From Dimorphilus gyrociliatus (taxonomy: Eukaryota > Animalia > Annelida): 64,000 nt of DNA. This document shows, piece after piece, positions 12,786 to 26,430 of this stretch; position 1 is the stretch's first letter; every line of letters begins with the position of its first letter. The stretch is from NCBI GenBank assembly GCA_904063045.1, contig CAJFCJ010000042.1, forward strand, positions 1-64,000. Direction: 5' to 3'. A model generated the notes under the pieces. That model did not search any database, was not told the DNA's origin, and saw nothing but the letters and a program-made list of their open reading frames with translations. A program made the position numbers and the translations under genes.

Positions 12786-14550
12786 TTTAAAGATTGGTTA
12801 GTTTAACCATGTAATTTTTGAACTTTACCATTTTTTTCTATGAAGTACTATTTTCTACCAGTTATCTAAACAGGCTTTTTTCCCTTTTCTTGTTTATGGA
12901 AAAGTCTTCTTAGAATATTTGATTTTTGGCTTATAGAAATAAATGTTTGAAGGCATCAAATATGAATTTAAAAATATCAAAAAGGTTAGGGAGAGATAAG
13001 GGCTAGGATAGTGTTAGGGTATTTGGGGACATTTTCTTTACCTTTGTTACTGTACTCTATCAATTCTAAACTGTTTGGTTCAAGAAAAACAGTATATTCT
13101 TTATTAAGCTTTGTCTAAATATACTATTTAGTTAGATAACTGTACAGGGGTGAGTTCTGTCTCTGTCGTGGGCGACTTTTGTTGATTCGTAATTATTCTC
13201 TAGAATAAGTGATTTTAGCCCATAATTTGAATTTTTGTAATAGTCTAGAATAAATATGGCATATTTAGACATTGAATTTCGAATCTGTGTATTACTTTTT
13301 CGACAAAGTAGTAGATGAATTATTATATTTAAATTTATGAAATATTTGATTCGGTTACAAACTGAAATTGACTAATGGTAGAATTATATAAATATAAAGA
13401 TGTCTTTTATCTAGACAAGTAAGAAATTGGTACTTTTGTCCAATTTTCTGTTATAGTTTTATTTATTAAACCGAAAGCAGAATGTTTAGTTATCAAGTAA
13501 AAATGTTTGTCTATTATACTGTTATCTGTAAAATATAATAATTACACCAACGAGGAAAAGGCAAAAGAAGAAAAAAACAATTGTAAATCTTACTTGTTAT
13601 ACAATCTGTAAGATATGTTGCCATATGACTGCTATCAGTTTGTAAACAAGAGTACTTATAGCTATTAGAGAAATCTTTTAATCTCAAATTTTCAATAATG
13701 TAGAAACGTTTCAAGTTTTCAATAGTTTAATAAAAAATGACTTTTATTTATAACCTTTCTTTTTGCATGGTTAGAATTTTCATCTGACCAACAAATATTT
13801 TTATAACGATTTTTGTATTTAAGCATCACCTTCATACAATCCATTAGTTAGATTAACGCAATTCTTTTATATGAGTGCTACTCAAATAGGGATTAATAAA
13901 TTAGATACCTCCATGTTGAAAGTGTATTTTACATCTTCCATTTCTGGGGTTTTTTCAATATTCATAAAAATTTTTTAGTTTTCTAATCCATCCATTATCA
14001 CGTGACCTTATTTACGACTATCCTATTAAAGATTGCTACAAATGGTAAAATAATAAATATTATTAATATTATATTAAAATAAAAATATTATTTGCAAAGC
14101 GTAAAAATCTATTTTTATTAACAGCTGCTATTTTTATTGTTTATTATATCTGGATTATATTCCTACTAGATTTGGGGCATTTCTATTGGTAGGAAAATGT
14201 TTTAATGATATTTTTCAGTTCACGCAGTGCTGAAGTTAAGGCTAGGAAGCGAAAAGTAGAAAGAATCTTTTTAGTTTAGGGTTAGGGTAAAACACCAAAA
14301 AATGGGCCGCTCTCTCCCATACTCACTAATCGTGAGACCTTAAATTTTTCTCAAAAAATAGCAATAAACAAATAGGAAACCGATTGGAAATAGAAAACGA
14401 TGAAACTTTAAATTAATTTAAAGACGGATTATTATGAAGAATATTTGAAATTATATGTAATTGAAGAGCTGATGAATGTTAAATATTTAATGAGAGAAAG
14501 AGAGAGAGCTAGCCAACAACTAGCCTGACAGATAGACGGAAACAAGGAAA

Positions 14551-16750
14551 ATGAATATTTATATGATAATATTTCTGCAATTGTTTCTTTATAATAAAAT
14601 GATGTCAAAAAAGTGTCATAACAAAAACCTTCTATTTAATAAATCTAATGATACTCTCACTGCTTATGATTTTGGATTTTTAAGAGCAACTAACAAAAAA
14701 AATTGGAATTTTCATATTAGATATGACATTAAAAATGCATATGCTTTTTGCAGACATTTTGGTTATAATCCAATATTTGCAATGATAACAACAGATGGTA
14801 TACTTGGAAACAGGAAAGTCAGACAGTTTGTGAATATGTCTGTTTACTTTACAATTCAAAGACAACATTTATTAAGTGTCAGACCATTAGAATCTCGAAA
14901 AATGTAAAAAGGAATAGATTCCAGAATACTTTTAATCGCTAACTTGTTCTTGCTTATCACCCTCCTACAGCAATATCATAAGAAGATTGCATTTATGAAA
15001 GGCTGCACCATGGAAAATTCTTGCTTTTTCATGCAGTATCATAAACCAATACCAATTCAACTTGTACAAATAACCTGTGAAATTACAGGTGAATAGCAAT
15101 TGAGTAATTATTAGAAATACTCATTTAAGCATTTTCGAACTTTAAAAGCTGGTTCTCTAACTTCACAAACCCAAGTTCGTTTGGAAAAGACAAGCGAAAG
15201 TGATAAGTGGATCTTCGGACAAATATTCGTAAATATATCGGGTATGGAGAGACCAGTCTATTCCGGAAACAGAAACAAAGACTTTATATGGAAGAGACTT
15301 TGTAAACATTTGGGTTACGACGATTTCAATTACCTATTAGATTTATACAGACATGTAGAAAAACCACCATCTTATACAGTAGTTCATCGCAAAGTTCGCA
15401 AAGATGAAATTTTCTTGTAAGGATCATAGATCAAATCAGTTAATTCGAGATTAATCATCTCTCTCTTTAGCAATCCTTCACCAAAACCTAACCGATATAC
15501 ACTAGCGTTAAAGTGCTTTAAGAAGACTTTACACTGTAAAAAACAGAGAGAGAAGCAGAGAAACATATATTTATTTTCTTGAACGCTTGAATAAAAATAT
15601 CAATTTATTGCAGATATCTTTGCTAGGGCCATTGATATAGATGAATCATCTTTTCAATTATATCTTAGAGATAACAAAGAAAATTTTATCATTTCTAAAA
15701 ATCACACTAGAAACAATGCTATCTGTAAAGAAAGTGAATTTTATCTGCAAGCTGCAGTTAAATTTCCAATATCCATATATAGAGTCCACATCTTGAATGG
15801 AAATATAACTAGTAAAAATACTTTAAATAACTTTAGTAGTATTATCTGTTCAAAAGAGGAATTAGAAGGTAGTGAATACTATTTTTATGAATAAATTTAC
15901 ATATCATTAATATTCAAAAGATTTGTCAATCGTGCCCAAACCACCGAGCAGCGGAGCTTTTTTTCCAAAATATGCATTTCTACGAAGGAATCAGATACAA
16001 TTTTATTTCATTTGGTTATTTTTATCCAATTTTTAAACCAGCACATTTGAAAGATATGATCTGCTATCATATTTGCAAAATGCAGTCATTGATGGTTGCC
16101 CATCGATCTTGCTACGTACAACCATTCGGTGCTTCATTGGTATGAAAAAAAAATTTTTTTTCCTCCTTTCTTCCCTTTATCACTTTTCTTTTTGTTTTTT
16201 TTCTTTTAAGAGAGGCGGTATTTTTTGTGATTGGTTCTCTTGTAAATTTCAATCATACACACCACGTAAAGCCTTTCTAGCAAAGACAAATTGTATACCG
16301 TCACTTGAGGATGATGGTTTGTATTGTGTTTTTTTGCTATTTCAAAAAGGAGGGATAAATAATTCTTCTCTCTCTTCTTTTTATTTTAGTTAGGTTATAT
16401 TACGCAAAATCAGCCTATTTCTCAATCAACAATTCCTATACATCTGAACATTCAATTAAAGGATTTCTTGCAATTTTTAATAGTTTTGATTGGATATTTA
16501 TAGGCTATATTAATATGGAAAGCACTCAAAATCTGTGTTCAAGTTTTGGTTTTTCATACGGAACTATAGTTGATATTACTTCGATTGATATAATACCAGA
16601 ACGAAATAGAAAGGTTTTATGCGATCTATTGGTTTTTGCAAATGGTCGTAGAGGAGGACAGGAAGATTATAATCTAGTCATATATGATATTTGCTATTTC
16701 TTCTTTTCGAAATCCTACTTTTACATCAATGCGTATATTTCAACATGTGA
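14551..16750 (+). CDS. Multi-exon secreted protein with divergent SRCR-like domains (may continue downstream)
   Basis: Hydrophobic N-terminus; AYAFCRHFGY, VRLEK...GQIFVNISG...RLCKHLGY and NLCSSFGF resemble the SRCR motif C+.LG(Y/F); short GT-AG introns. Confidence 0.45.
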
Positions 16751-17389
16751 AGTGAATAGTATGAATGTTGCTAATTTTCCAACAATTCACTTTATTTTTA
16801 CTCAATTATACATTCAATCTGTGATTAATAAAAACATAAATGATAAAAGGAAAAATATAACAATTTTAAGTAATTATTTACAATTTATTTAAAGCGGAAG
16901 TAGAATTTGTTTGTCGTTGTTGATAAACCAGTCTTGAAACGTAGTGATTTTGGTAAATATCCAGTTAAATATTCATTATTATCTAATAGAAGTTCTTATC
17001 TACCTCTCCTTTTGGTTAGCTAAACCTAGCATAATTAACTATTTACCAACAATAACAATGTTCTTTTTGCAGTCCACTGAAGTAAGTGAAACAGAACGCA
17101 ATTACATATTATCCAGAATATCTCAGGAATTTGAAATGTTTAGTTATCTCAGTTCAATGGCTTTTATATGTTTCAACATCATATATATCAGTTACGATCG
17201 GAATATTTCAGACACTTTGATGTAATTTTAAAATGGTCTACTTAATACTTTCCAATTATCTTACTTAATCTGTAAACTTTCATTGTAAATACTTTTATTC
17301 GGTTTTGTCAATTCATTACAAAATTATTTTGATGCAGGCAACTGCAAGTCAGGTCTACATGGTCCAATTAACAAAAAATTATTGAATTT

Positions 17390-18000
17390 TTAGTGCTTGA
17401 GAAGGTCTCTTCAAAGAATATTTAACATGATTAAAATGCTTTTTTGGGAATGAAACTCTAAGTGAAGATTTGCTAAAAAAGCGGATATCTGACATAAAAA
17501 AGGAAGGAAAAATTTTGGTGACTTGCCAAGATCTGGTTGCCAAAAGATATTTATAATCAAAATAGAGAAGCAATCAATAGGTTTGTAAGGGAAGATCAAA
17601 CTACATCTCAGAGAGGGCTGCTTTGATCTATAAACATACCTCATCTCCATCTGAAAAAAAAAATGAAAATGGTTAATCAGCTGAGAAGTGAATATGTACT
17701 ATTTTCTGGGACTGTTCAGGCTAAATCCATGAGGAATTTATGGACTACGGTGAAACAATTAGCTATGCGTAATATGCGGAGACCTTGAGGGGGTTAAGGA
17801 AGAGATTGCATAGGATAAGGCCTGGAAAGCAGATTATTTATGCATGACAATGCCAGACCCATACCAGTCTGTACACAACAGCTTTCATAAGAAATTAGGG
17901 ATGGTCTATATGTCCGTATCCTCCATACAACCCTGATTTGGTCCCATCTGATTATTACCTGTTTGGACAACCAAAAGATCATATCAGGGAATTTCTTAGG
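17390..18000 (+). pseudogene. Mariner (DD34D) transposase remnant
   Basis: Frameshifted FFGNETLS...GDLPRSG (HTH region), MHDNARP and PPYNPDLVPSDYYLFGQ. Confidence 0.8.
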
Positions 18001-18198
18001 AGAAAACCATCCTCCTTAGCAGCCAACCAAATGGCAGATATGTATAAGTAATAGAGGGAACTATTAAAAAAATAATAGTTAGTTTTTCTAGAGTTGACTA
18101 TAGGAAATCATATTAGAAAAACATCGTTAAAATTAGTTAACTATTATAAGTAAACACACAAAATGTATGAAATATCCCGATTGTACGTAATATATAGT

Positions 18199-18540
18199 AC
18201 TGAAAGAAATGTTTCATACCACTGTATACCACAAAAGCCAATCCTCCATATGCCCCCTATAAAATCTGATCTATGAGTAGTCTATGAAGACTACTCAATG
18301 AATTAATATTATACCTGTCTAAATATTCATTGGCTTGACATTTTCAAAAAATTATACATACTGACCACAATATGTAAATAATTTTTAAACTACTAGAGTT
18401 GGAAAATATCTAAAAATTACTTATAAAGCTAGACAAAATTTCCTACATTGTAGTAAAATTTTGTAATAAAAAATGCCATTGATTACCCTTCAAAAAAGCC
18501 CTTACCAAACAAGTCACTGGTATGAAACATTTCTTTCAGT
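18199..18540. mobile_element. MITE-like element with 23-bp perfect TIRs
   Basis: ACTGAAAGAAATGTTTCATACCA (18199-18221) and TGGTATGAAACATTTCTTTCAGT (18518-18540); no TSD recognised. Confidence 0.55.
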
Positions 18541-18611
18541 CCTGAAAAAGGAAAGGTTAGTAATTGTTTTCTTTCTCTCTCTCTCACTCCTCTTCCTTTC
18601 TACCCTGAATA

Positions 18612-21600
18612 GAAAAGAAATCAAATATTCAAGATAACCCCAATCGACTGCAATCACTATGGATATCTTGTTATTTGCCAGAAACTACAAAGTACTTATT
18701 CAAATTTGTATTCAATTAAATGCAGTATTCTTTCTTCAATTATCTTCTTGCTTACAGAAAAAGTTGTAGTTGAACATTTTTTCTTTCAAAACTCGTTTTT
18801 GAACAGTATAATATTGAACAATCAACAATTAAATGAATTAAATAACTACAATGATACAACCAGCGTAATATTCTTTTGTAAAATTAGTAAGGTTTTCATC
18901 AATAGAATTTACGTTTGTGATGGAAATTTCAATTGCCGAAATGGAGAAGACGAAATCAATTGCAATTTACAATCTCAAGTATTTTTTTATTGTTTTACAT
19001 AATCAATCGATTAGTTATCATTCGGTCTGCGATTTTATTAACAATTGCCCTGATAAGTCGGACGAAAAATTCTGTGGTAAGAACAATTAATTCATTTTAC
19101 CTATAGTTCAATTTCTATCTTGGTTTCTGTCAACAACACCATTTTAACTCTCTTTCTAAATCCTTGTTTATCTTTCTAATAGAGATAGAGACAAATGAAA
19201 AGGAAGGAAAATATTTAAAGTTTAGTATCTGATATCAGAAATATCCTTACAATATCTTATTCAATCGTCTGACAGATCTTGTCAAAATGGCGAGATGAAA
19301 AACAAGGAATTATTTTGTGATAATGAAGTTAACTGCTTTGATAAAAGTGACGAAAAATGTCAAAAAGACAAGAATAACCAAATTATAGAATCAGCAGATG
19401 ACGGAAATTGTTCAATACTATTCAATTCGTTAGATTTACTAAAGCAGAGAGATTTTTCTGGAGGTCGTTGTGAGATTAGAAATTGCTCTTACGGCGAATA
19501 TCTTTGTCACAGGGATAATTATTGCATTTCTATTGAACAATTTTGCGATGGTATTTTTCATTGCTTCCAAGGAGATGATGAATTAAATTGCGGTATATTA
19601 TTTTGTTTGTTTGTACAAATTCATACTATCGCTCTGCGATCGTTTATCTCTTTTGCAGATGAATTTTTCCCTATGTTTGTATTTTCTTGTAGGAATTCAG
19701 TGAAATATATCATAGTTGAAAGAGTATGCGATGGTATTGTGAATTGTTTGAATGGTGACGATGAACAATTTTGCATAGTACCAAAAATCTATCACATGGG
19801 CTGTAAAAGTAAAATGCATTTCGAACTTAATTGCAAATTCAATGAAGATAATTATTTCAAAAGACCACATTTTGTTGAAACTAAAGTTTTAAAAGATTTT
19901 GAACTCTTCCATAGAATCTTTATAGATGGTGGACCAATTTCAAACTATTTACGCTTCTCTTCAAGATTCTTGAAAGCTTTAGATATATCTAACAATTTTT
20001 ATATAAATTCAACGGTTAAACTAAGTGGACATCTAGTTCATTTAACTTTGACAAACAATAGTCTAAAAACAATGTTGTGGTTTGACAAACAGCCACTAGG
20101 CCTACTGCAATTTTTGAATATTTCAAACAATCCGATAGAGACTTTAGACTTTTTAGAGAGATTAGTTGCAAAAGAACTCAGATACTTTGATATATCTTTT
20201 ACGAAAATAACATTGATAGGTAAAAATTACTTTAAACAGATATCAAAATTAGTCACATTAATCCTATCAAACTGTCAATTAATGAGAATTGAAAAGAAAT
20301 CTTTCTACCAGTTAACAATGATACATTATATAGACATTGTAAATTTGAAAATATCAAAGGATTCATTCCTTACAGTACTCAATGATCTAAGGAATAAAGT
20401 TGAAATGATGAAAAGCAATAATCCAGATTTTTGCTGTTTATCCTACGATTACACGAAAGAATTAGTCTGTGAGACTACGTTTACAAATATTAAAACCTGC
20501 GGAAGGATGTTAACCTTTCCCAGCGCTCAAATTGCTTTTTGGTTCTTTAGTATTGTAGGCTTAATTGGGAATTTTTTATCAGTAATACTACTCTTAACTT
20601 TTAAACAAAAATTTAGATACATAAAAGTCTGTTGGCTATCCACTTCCATTACAATAACGTGCTACTTCCTGTTTGTATCATTTACAAATCAGTATTACGG
20701 TAATTATTTCGTAATACATTACGATGTTTGGAAAGATAGCTTCCTCTGCCAATCAATTGGAACAATTATGACATTTACCATACTACTCTCGTCATTTTCA
20801 TTGCTGTTTATTGCAATTGAGAGATATTTATTATTAACTGAATCGCAGTATTCGTTACAATTGCAGGAGAATAGAGTGTTTACAGTTCCGTTTGTACTCA
20901 TACTATTGGTTGCAATTTCCTGTTTTCCATATGTGTTTAAAAATGTAAAATTTATGAATTTTGTGAATTTTTTGAACATTTTGAATTTTTGTAGAAAATT
21001 CGCAATTATTCGGCAATTTGTTTCAACATTTTCGTTAAACGAAAAAATGATGAATTGAATTGGATTTTTGATGTTTTTTTCAATGTGATCTTGAATCCGT
21101 TTCTAATCATTTTAATGGTGTTCTTTAATCAAATTTCATTAAGATTTGTAAGGAATTCTCGTAATAAATTAATAAAGAAGAGAGCCATGATTACATTGCA
21201 CAAATATGACATATTCATTGAAAGCTTAATTGCCTTGTTTATTTGGTCTTGCTATTCCTTTCTCAGTCAGTGTACCTTAATTATTCTTTATAGTTTTATC
21301 TTCTCTCTATCTCTCTTCTTTTAGATATCTACTCATTTCTAAGAGATATCTATTTGACGGACGATGCCTATATTTTAATTACCAGTTTTCTTTTACCAAT
21401 TTACCCTATTACCGATCAAATCCTTTTATTTAATTCAATCATTATTAGACAGAAAAAGTATACAATTTTAGTGCAGAAATACAAGAGGTAGCAATTTATC
21501 TCAAATTGAATTAAAGAACCTTGACCTTTTCTTTGCTTGCATGTTCCACTTTCTAGATGTACTTACAAGTATCAAATGCAAAGAAAGCTAAAGAAACAAT

Positions 21601-22084
21601 GTAAGTGTACTGTTCAAATTCACAAACAAAATTTTTCTCTCCTCATCTTCTTCTTCCCTTTCAGACAATGCAATCTTAAAATCCCTTGACAGTGTCTATC
21701 TTATCTACTTTGATCAGAAAATGTGGATGAAAGAATTTAAATTAAAAACTTCAAAGATATCAACTGAGTTTTTTCTATTGGTGAAAATAGTAAAGAAACT
21801 AACCCAAATATTCTTCACTTTACATTATAACAATTCATCTTTAAACGGAAAAATAATTATTGAAGATTTTTACGTAAATTCAAAAATATATTTTTTCCGT
21901 CTTTACCAGTTTTGTTTATTTGTTTCTTTTTTTTTTTAATTTTTTTTAGAAACAACCTTCATTTATTTCCATCTTCATTAGTATGGAAAATATACACAAG
22001 AAAAAGAATATAAACGTTCAAAAAGATATTTTATCTTTGGGAAATCTGTCAAAAAAGATTTTACAAGAATATTCTTATATTTAA
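18612..22084 (+). CDS. GRL101/LGR type-C-like GPCR: 5 LDLa + LRR + 7TM + C-terminal kinase-like domain (5' end undefined; one frameshift at ~19000)
   Basis: LDLa motifs VCDGNFNCRNGEDEINC, VCDFINNCPDKSDEKFC, FCDNEVNCFDKSDEKC, FCDGIFHCFQGDDELNC and VCDGIVNCLNGDDEQFC; LRRs (LQFLNISNNPI); hinge FCC..C; TM1 GLIGN; TM3 CQSIG...AIERY. TM4-7 and tail exons join in frame through GT-AG introns to TAA at 22082-22084. Confidence 0.85.
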
Positions 22085-22132
22085 TATGAATACAAATTAT
22101 CAATTCATCAATTTTACTGTATCTGTCTTTAC

Positions 22133-22180
22133 AGAGAGAGAGAGAGAGAGAGACAGAAAGAAAGAGAGAGAAAGAGAGAG
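22133..22180. repeat. (AG)n microsatellite
   Basis: Direct reading of the sequence. Confidence 0.9.
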
Positions 22181-23418
22181 GATAATTCTTATCTACCCCG
22201 ACTATAATTTATACCTGATATAACACTGTCTAACCTATTTTTAAACTAAAGTTAGCTATACCCAAATCATTATTTATATACAATAGTTACGTATTCCTCT
22301 TCAAAGAAATTTATGGTCACATGATAAATTATTTCATTTTAAATCTCACGAATTGTATTCAGATCTGTGATAGACTGTTTACTATTAAGCAAACTAAAGC
22401 CAAAGTTTCTTCCCATTAGCTGTTAATATAGTGACATTGATACTAAAGATAAACAGTATAATATCTTTTTCTTTAAACTCATCTCTCCGCCTACTCCACT
22501 ATGCCAAATGAGATTTAATAAAATCATATTAAATATAGATGGCAGCATCATCGTTTTATCCTAAAAAGAGGAACTTTGGCTAATTGTACCCATTGTGGTA
22601 CCCATGAAATTATAGCCATTTGACTTCTTAATAGTAATGAAAAGCATATGTAATACTAAGAAAATGATAATAAAGAAACATTTAATAATGAAAGGTGTAA
22701 AATATAGAAAAAATATTTGACATCTGGGAAAAATTATAGACTTGGAAGGCTATTGGCCCACTGCCAATTAACAAATTAACAGTTTTTGAATCCTGTTCAC
22801 TAAATAAAAAAGTATCCACAAAAAAATTTTGGCCTATATTATTAAGAATAGTTTATTGACTTATAGAAAATGCAAGAATAAATAATGTATTTACATATGA
22901 CAATTTTATACTTTAGAGTGGAATTGTCTTGATAAAAGTGATGAAGATTCAAGCTTCTGCCTTCAAATTGATAGATTCCAAATTCTTGAGTAATTGTCAT
23001 TCGTGTCATTACACTTTTGTCAGAGTAGATAGAACTAAGACAAGTACTAATCAATCATTTACAATAATTATGAAAAATCTTAATAATTTCAAATCTTAAG
23101 AGATATATATAGATATATATATATAGTAGTATTAAGGATTGGTAAGATAGGATTTCTCAAAACCCCTTAGTAATTTTTAGAGTATAGGCCTAAAAAATAT
23201 AAACCTTTATTATTTTAAAAGAGATTGAAAATATCCAAAAGCTGACATGTGTAGCCTTGTATATGATTCTATGGGAAATTTACAGTCAAATGATAGAAAA
23301 TCAAATTCAGTAATTTCAAATTTCTCTAGAAATTAAATTTCTATTTATGTCATACTATATTGAGCCTAAACTAAATATTAGATGCAATAAAGACCATGAA
23401 GGTAGGTGAGCAGTTAGG

Positions 23419-24485
23419 TTGACGTTTTCTCTTGTAACCGATCTAACCTATTTAACAGTGGAAAATTCAAAGATTAAGAGCCCATTGAAATATATCTCAA
23501 CTCCTGATCTAGTGTATTTAAATTTAACAAGAAATGTTATAGAAAACACTACTCAAGTTTTAAGGAAAAGCAATTTGTTACTGCAATATCTTCCTATTAG
23601 AAGTCTTCCAATTTCTGAAACATATGGAAAGCATAAGAGAATTGAACATTGGACATATCATTCAGAAAAATTACCAAATTAGAAGAAAATTCATTAAAAA
23701 GATTGGAAAAATTGACACTTTTATGTATAAAAGGATGTTGGTTGAGCTGAATAAAAGATTGTGTATTCTTAAACACAGAAATTCAGTTTTCTCTTCAACA
23801 ACAATTTATCAGGGTCATGTATCCGCACTTCAAAGATTGACTAACGAATATTTTACACTTTGCTGCTATGCTTCGAAATAAACATCAGTGAAACATTGTA
23901 CCCCAGCCTCATCTGTCTTTCATACATGTTCAGATTTATTAGCATCCACTCTACTTTATGTATTTCTATGGTTGGTTGGAATTTCAGGATTTATTTGACC
24001 TATTTATCATATTATTTTTTTATGTTTTAGGTGTTTTATCAAATATTTCGGGCTAATTTCTTAAATAAACTCAAAGCAAGAAAACTCAAAGCTGCTCAGA
24101 AGAAGTTTAATATTTTTAGATTGTTTTTTCCTTTTTAAAATTCCCTTTATTCTTCTCTTTCTCTCATTCTTTTTCTCTTTCCTATGCAACTAAAATAACA
24201 AATGTATTGAAAGTAATGACAAGTCCAATACAGGCAATGCTATTTTGTCATAACAGCAATTTTTCTCTTAATGGGATATTTAATGAAAAACTGATTAAAT
24301 ATGAAGTTATTTTGACATATTTAGCCTTTTCTTTCTATCTTATCAATTATTTTCGTTTTCAGTATAAAAATAATTCTGAGCTGTTTTACTTTCAACCCGA
24401 AAGTCTCTTTCCTCTAACTGATGATTCAATCAAAGAAGACGTCTTTTCATTTGGTATATTCCTAAGAAATATTTCCACAATATAG
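23419..24485 (+). pseudogene. Decayed tandem paralog of the LGR-type receptor (LRR, hinge, TM1, kinase-like tail; TM2-7 missing)
   Basis: LVYLNLTRNVI LRR; LCCYASK*TSVKHCTPASSVFHTCSDLLASTLLYVFLWLVGISG hinge/TM1; FCHNSNFSLNG and FQPESLFP...EDVFSFGIFL; stops and frameshifts. Confidence 0.7.
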
Positions 24486-25712
24486 AATGAAATGGTAGTT
24501 TTACTATTTAAATAAATATTTAAAAGATCTAGTAAATATCGCTTGTAATTGGCAGGGCAATATATAGTGACCTCAATGCAACAACTTTGTTTCGAGCTTA
24601 AAGGTTCAAGTTGAGGTTGTAGCTCGAAGCAAACCTTATTTGATTAACAAAACAAAATACTTAACTCTCATTGGAATCATAAAATCAAACTTAGACAACT
24701 GTCCTTAGTTCAACTTTTTCAGCATGGCATGACATATTTATTCCATTGGCAAGATTTATTGAACATTAAAGAATGCTCAAAATTTAAAATATCTATTTTA
24801 GAGTATTTTTAAGACTACCACAATAGAGAACTGGATTTTATTTCAGATCTGTCATTGAACCAGTTGTGGCTGTAATTTTAGATAATCTGTTCAAAATCCA
24901 AGAATATATAAATTAAAAAAGTGTTGTGAGTACTATTTAGAAACATATTTTCCATTAATATTTTATCTTTAGTCCAATAAAAATACAAATAGTAAACGTC
25001 ACGTTTAAAAGTAATAAGAATGTTTATTGTAGCCTGCAAAGTGTTTTAAACTGGTCATAGGCCTAAAAAACTTGAACTTGCCAATTGGTAAGAAAAATAT
25101 CTAGCTTAATAATTTGGATGCGACAGAAAACTCCACAAATTGGTGGTTTACCCTAACCCAGCTCCTTATTAATTGCTTAATGGCGGTATGAAAAATTTCT
25201 ACAATCATAAGTTTTTACGAAAAACAAAACTACAATGAAACAGCTATTCTATACATTGTGCAAAGTCTCACTCAATCTTTTTCTAGTAAAATAACTCAAT
25301 ATTTATTATATTTATGTATTGAAATTGCCTAACAGAAGGCGTTCGCCTGACCCTATACTTTGGAAATTTTTCAAGATCGAATCGACAGAAAGCCTAAAAT
25401 CATGATCACTATTGAAATGAAAACAAGTTTGACTACTTTTCTTGTGAGTTGTATTCTTCTAATCTAATGTCATAAGTACTTTTCAAATCATAAAAAATTG
25501 GTTCATTACCACAAGATTGAAATGTGATATTTTGTTGAGAAAACATTGAATTGTAATTGCATAATTCTGCAAGAGGAGGAAAAATTCGCATTCTTTTCTA
25601 TCTTATCATACATTATCTTACAGTCTTTCATAATTTTTGCAACGATTGATTCATAATAGTCACATTTAACTTTGAAACATTTTTATATTGTATACAAATG
25701 GAAACAGCTACC

Positions 25713-25810
25713 ATTGTGGCGCAAAAACTGGAAAACATGGTTGGTTCATGCTATAGAATTTATAAATATTTGTATATCTGTACCACATTTTCCAGTTTTT
25801 GCGCCACAAT
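25713..25810. repeat. Short inverted-repeat element (23-bp arms)
   Basis: ATTGTGGCGCAAAAACTGGAAAA (25713-25735) and TTTTCCAGTTTTTGCGCCACAAT (25788-25810). Confidence 0.7.
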
Positions 25811-25853
25811 ATTTAAATTTAATGTTTTTCCCTAACTTTATCCCTCTCTCAGG

Positions 25854-26430
25854 CTAACCTTTTCTATTACCCGATATATCTATCTTTTCCAGATAAGTGC
25901 ATTCTCGGAATAGCTCTTCTAGACATTTTCCTTGCTGTTCATTGATATTACAATATCTCAGGCTAATCTCTTTCAAGCTACTCCAGGATTTCTGGAGTCC
26001 TTTGCAAATCCATTTTAATTCTAATTTCATTCTTCGATTTCCGGATAAATTTACATATTCCAAAACAGGACACTGTTTAAGCATTTCTCCGAGATATTTT
26101 ACCTGTTCTTCATCTAAATTGCAGTATTGCAGATTTATTCGTTTCAAAGTGTTTGAAGAAGTTTTCAATCCTTTAAAAATCATTTTCCACCCCAATCCCA
26201 TATTCTGAATTCTAGATATATCAACATTCTCCAATTGAATGCAGCGTTCAAGCATTTCTCCTAAACGATTTCCATCTTCCTCTTTCAAATTTAAATTGTT
26301 TAAGCAGATTTCTTTTAAGCTGCTTGAAGGGGTTTCTAGTCTTTGAAAAATTATCTTAAACAATACATTCTCTAATTTATCTTCAGGTAATGAAGGCGTA
26401 TATTGTCTTAACATCCTTTGAATTTCTTTC
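25854..26430 (-). pseudogene. Truncated RI-like LRR gene of the same family as 4801-6612 and 60279-62051
   Basis: Three 57-aa units (KGLKTSSNTLKRINLQYCNL...LGEMLKQCPVLEYVNLSGN); splice acceptor ttctag just upstream; ends abruptly at a TTAGGG-containing repeat-like stretch. Confidence 0.7.

Noticed and set aside
16944-17225. Hydrophobic ORF suggesting an ion-channel TM4
   Set aside because: Most of the ORF is intron-like AT-rich sequence; no channel motifs nearby.
24586-24633. 13-bp hairpin TTTGTTTCGAGCT/AGCTCGAAGCAAA as terminator or ncRNA
   Set aside because: Eukaryotic context with no other RNA hallmarks; more likely a repeat remnant.
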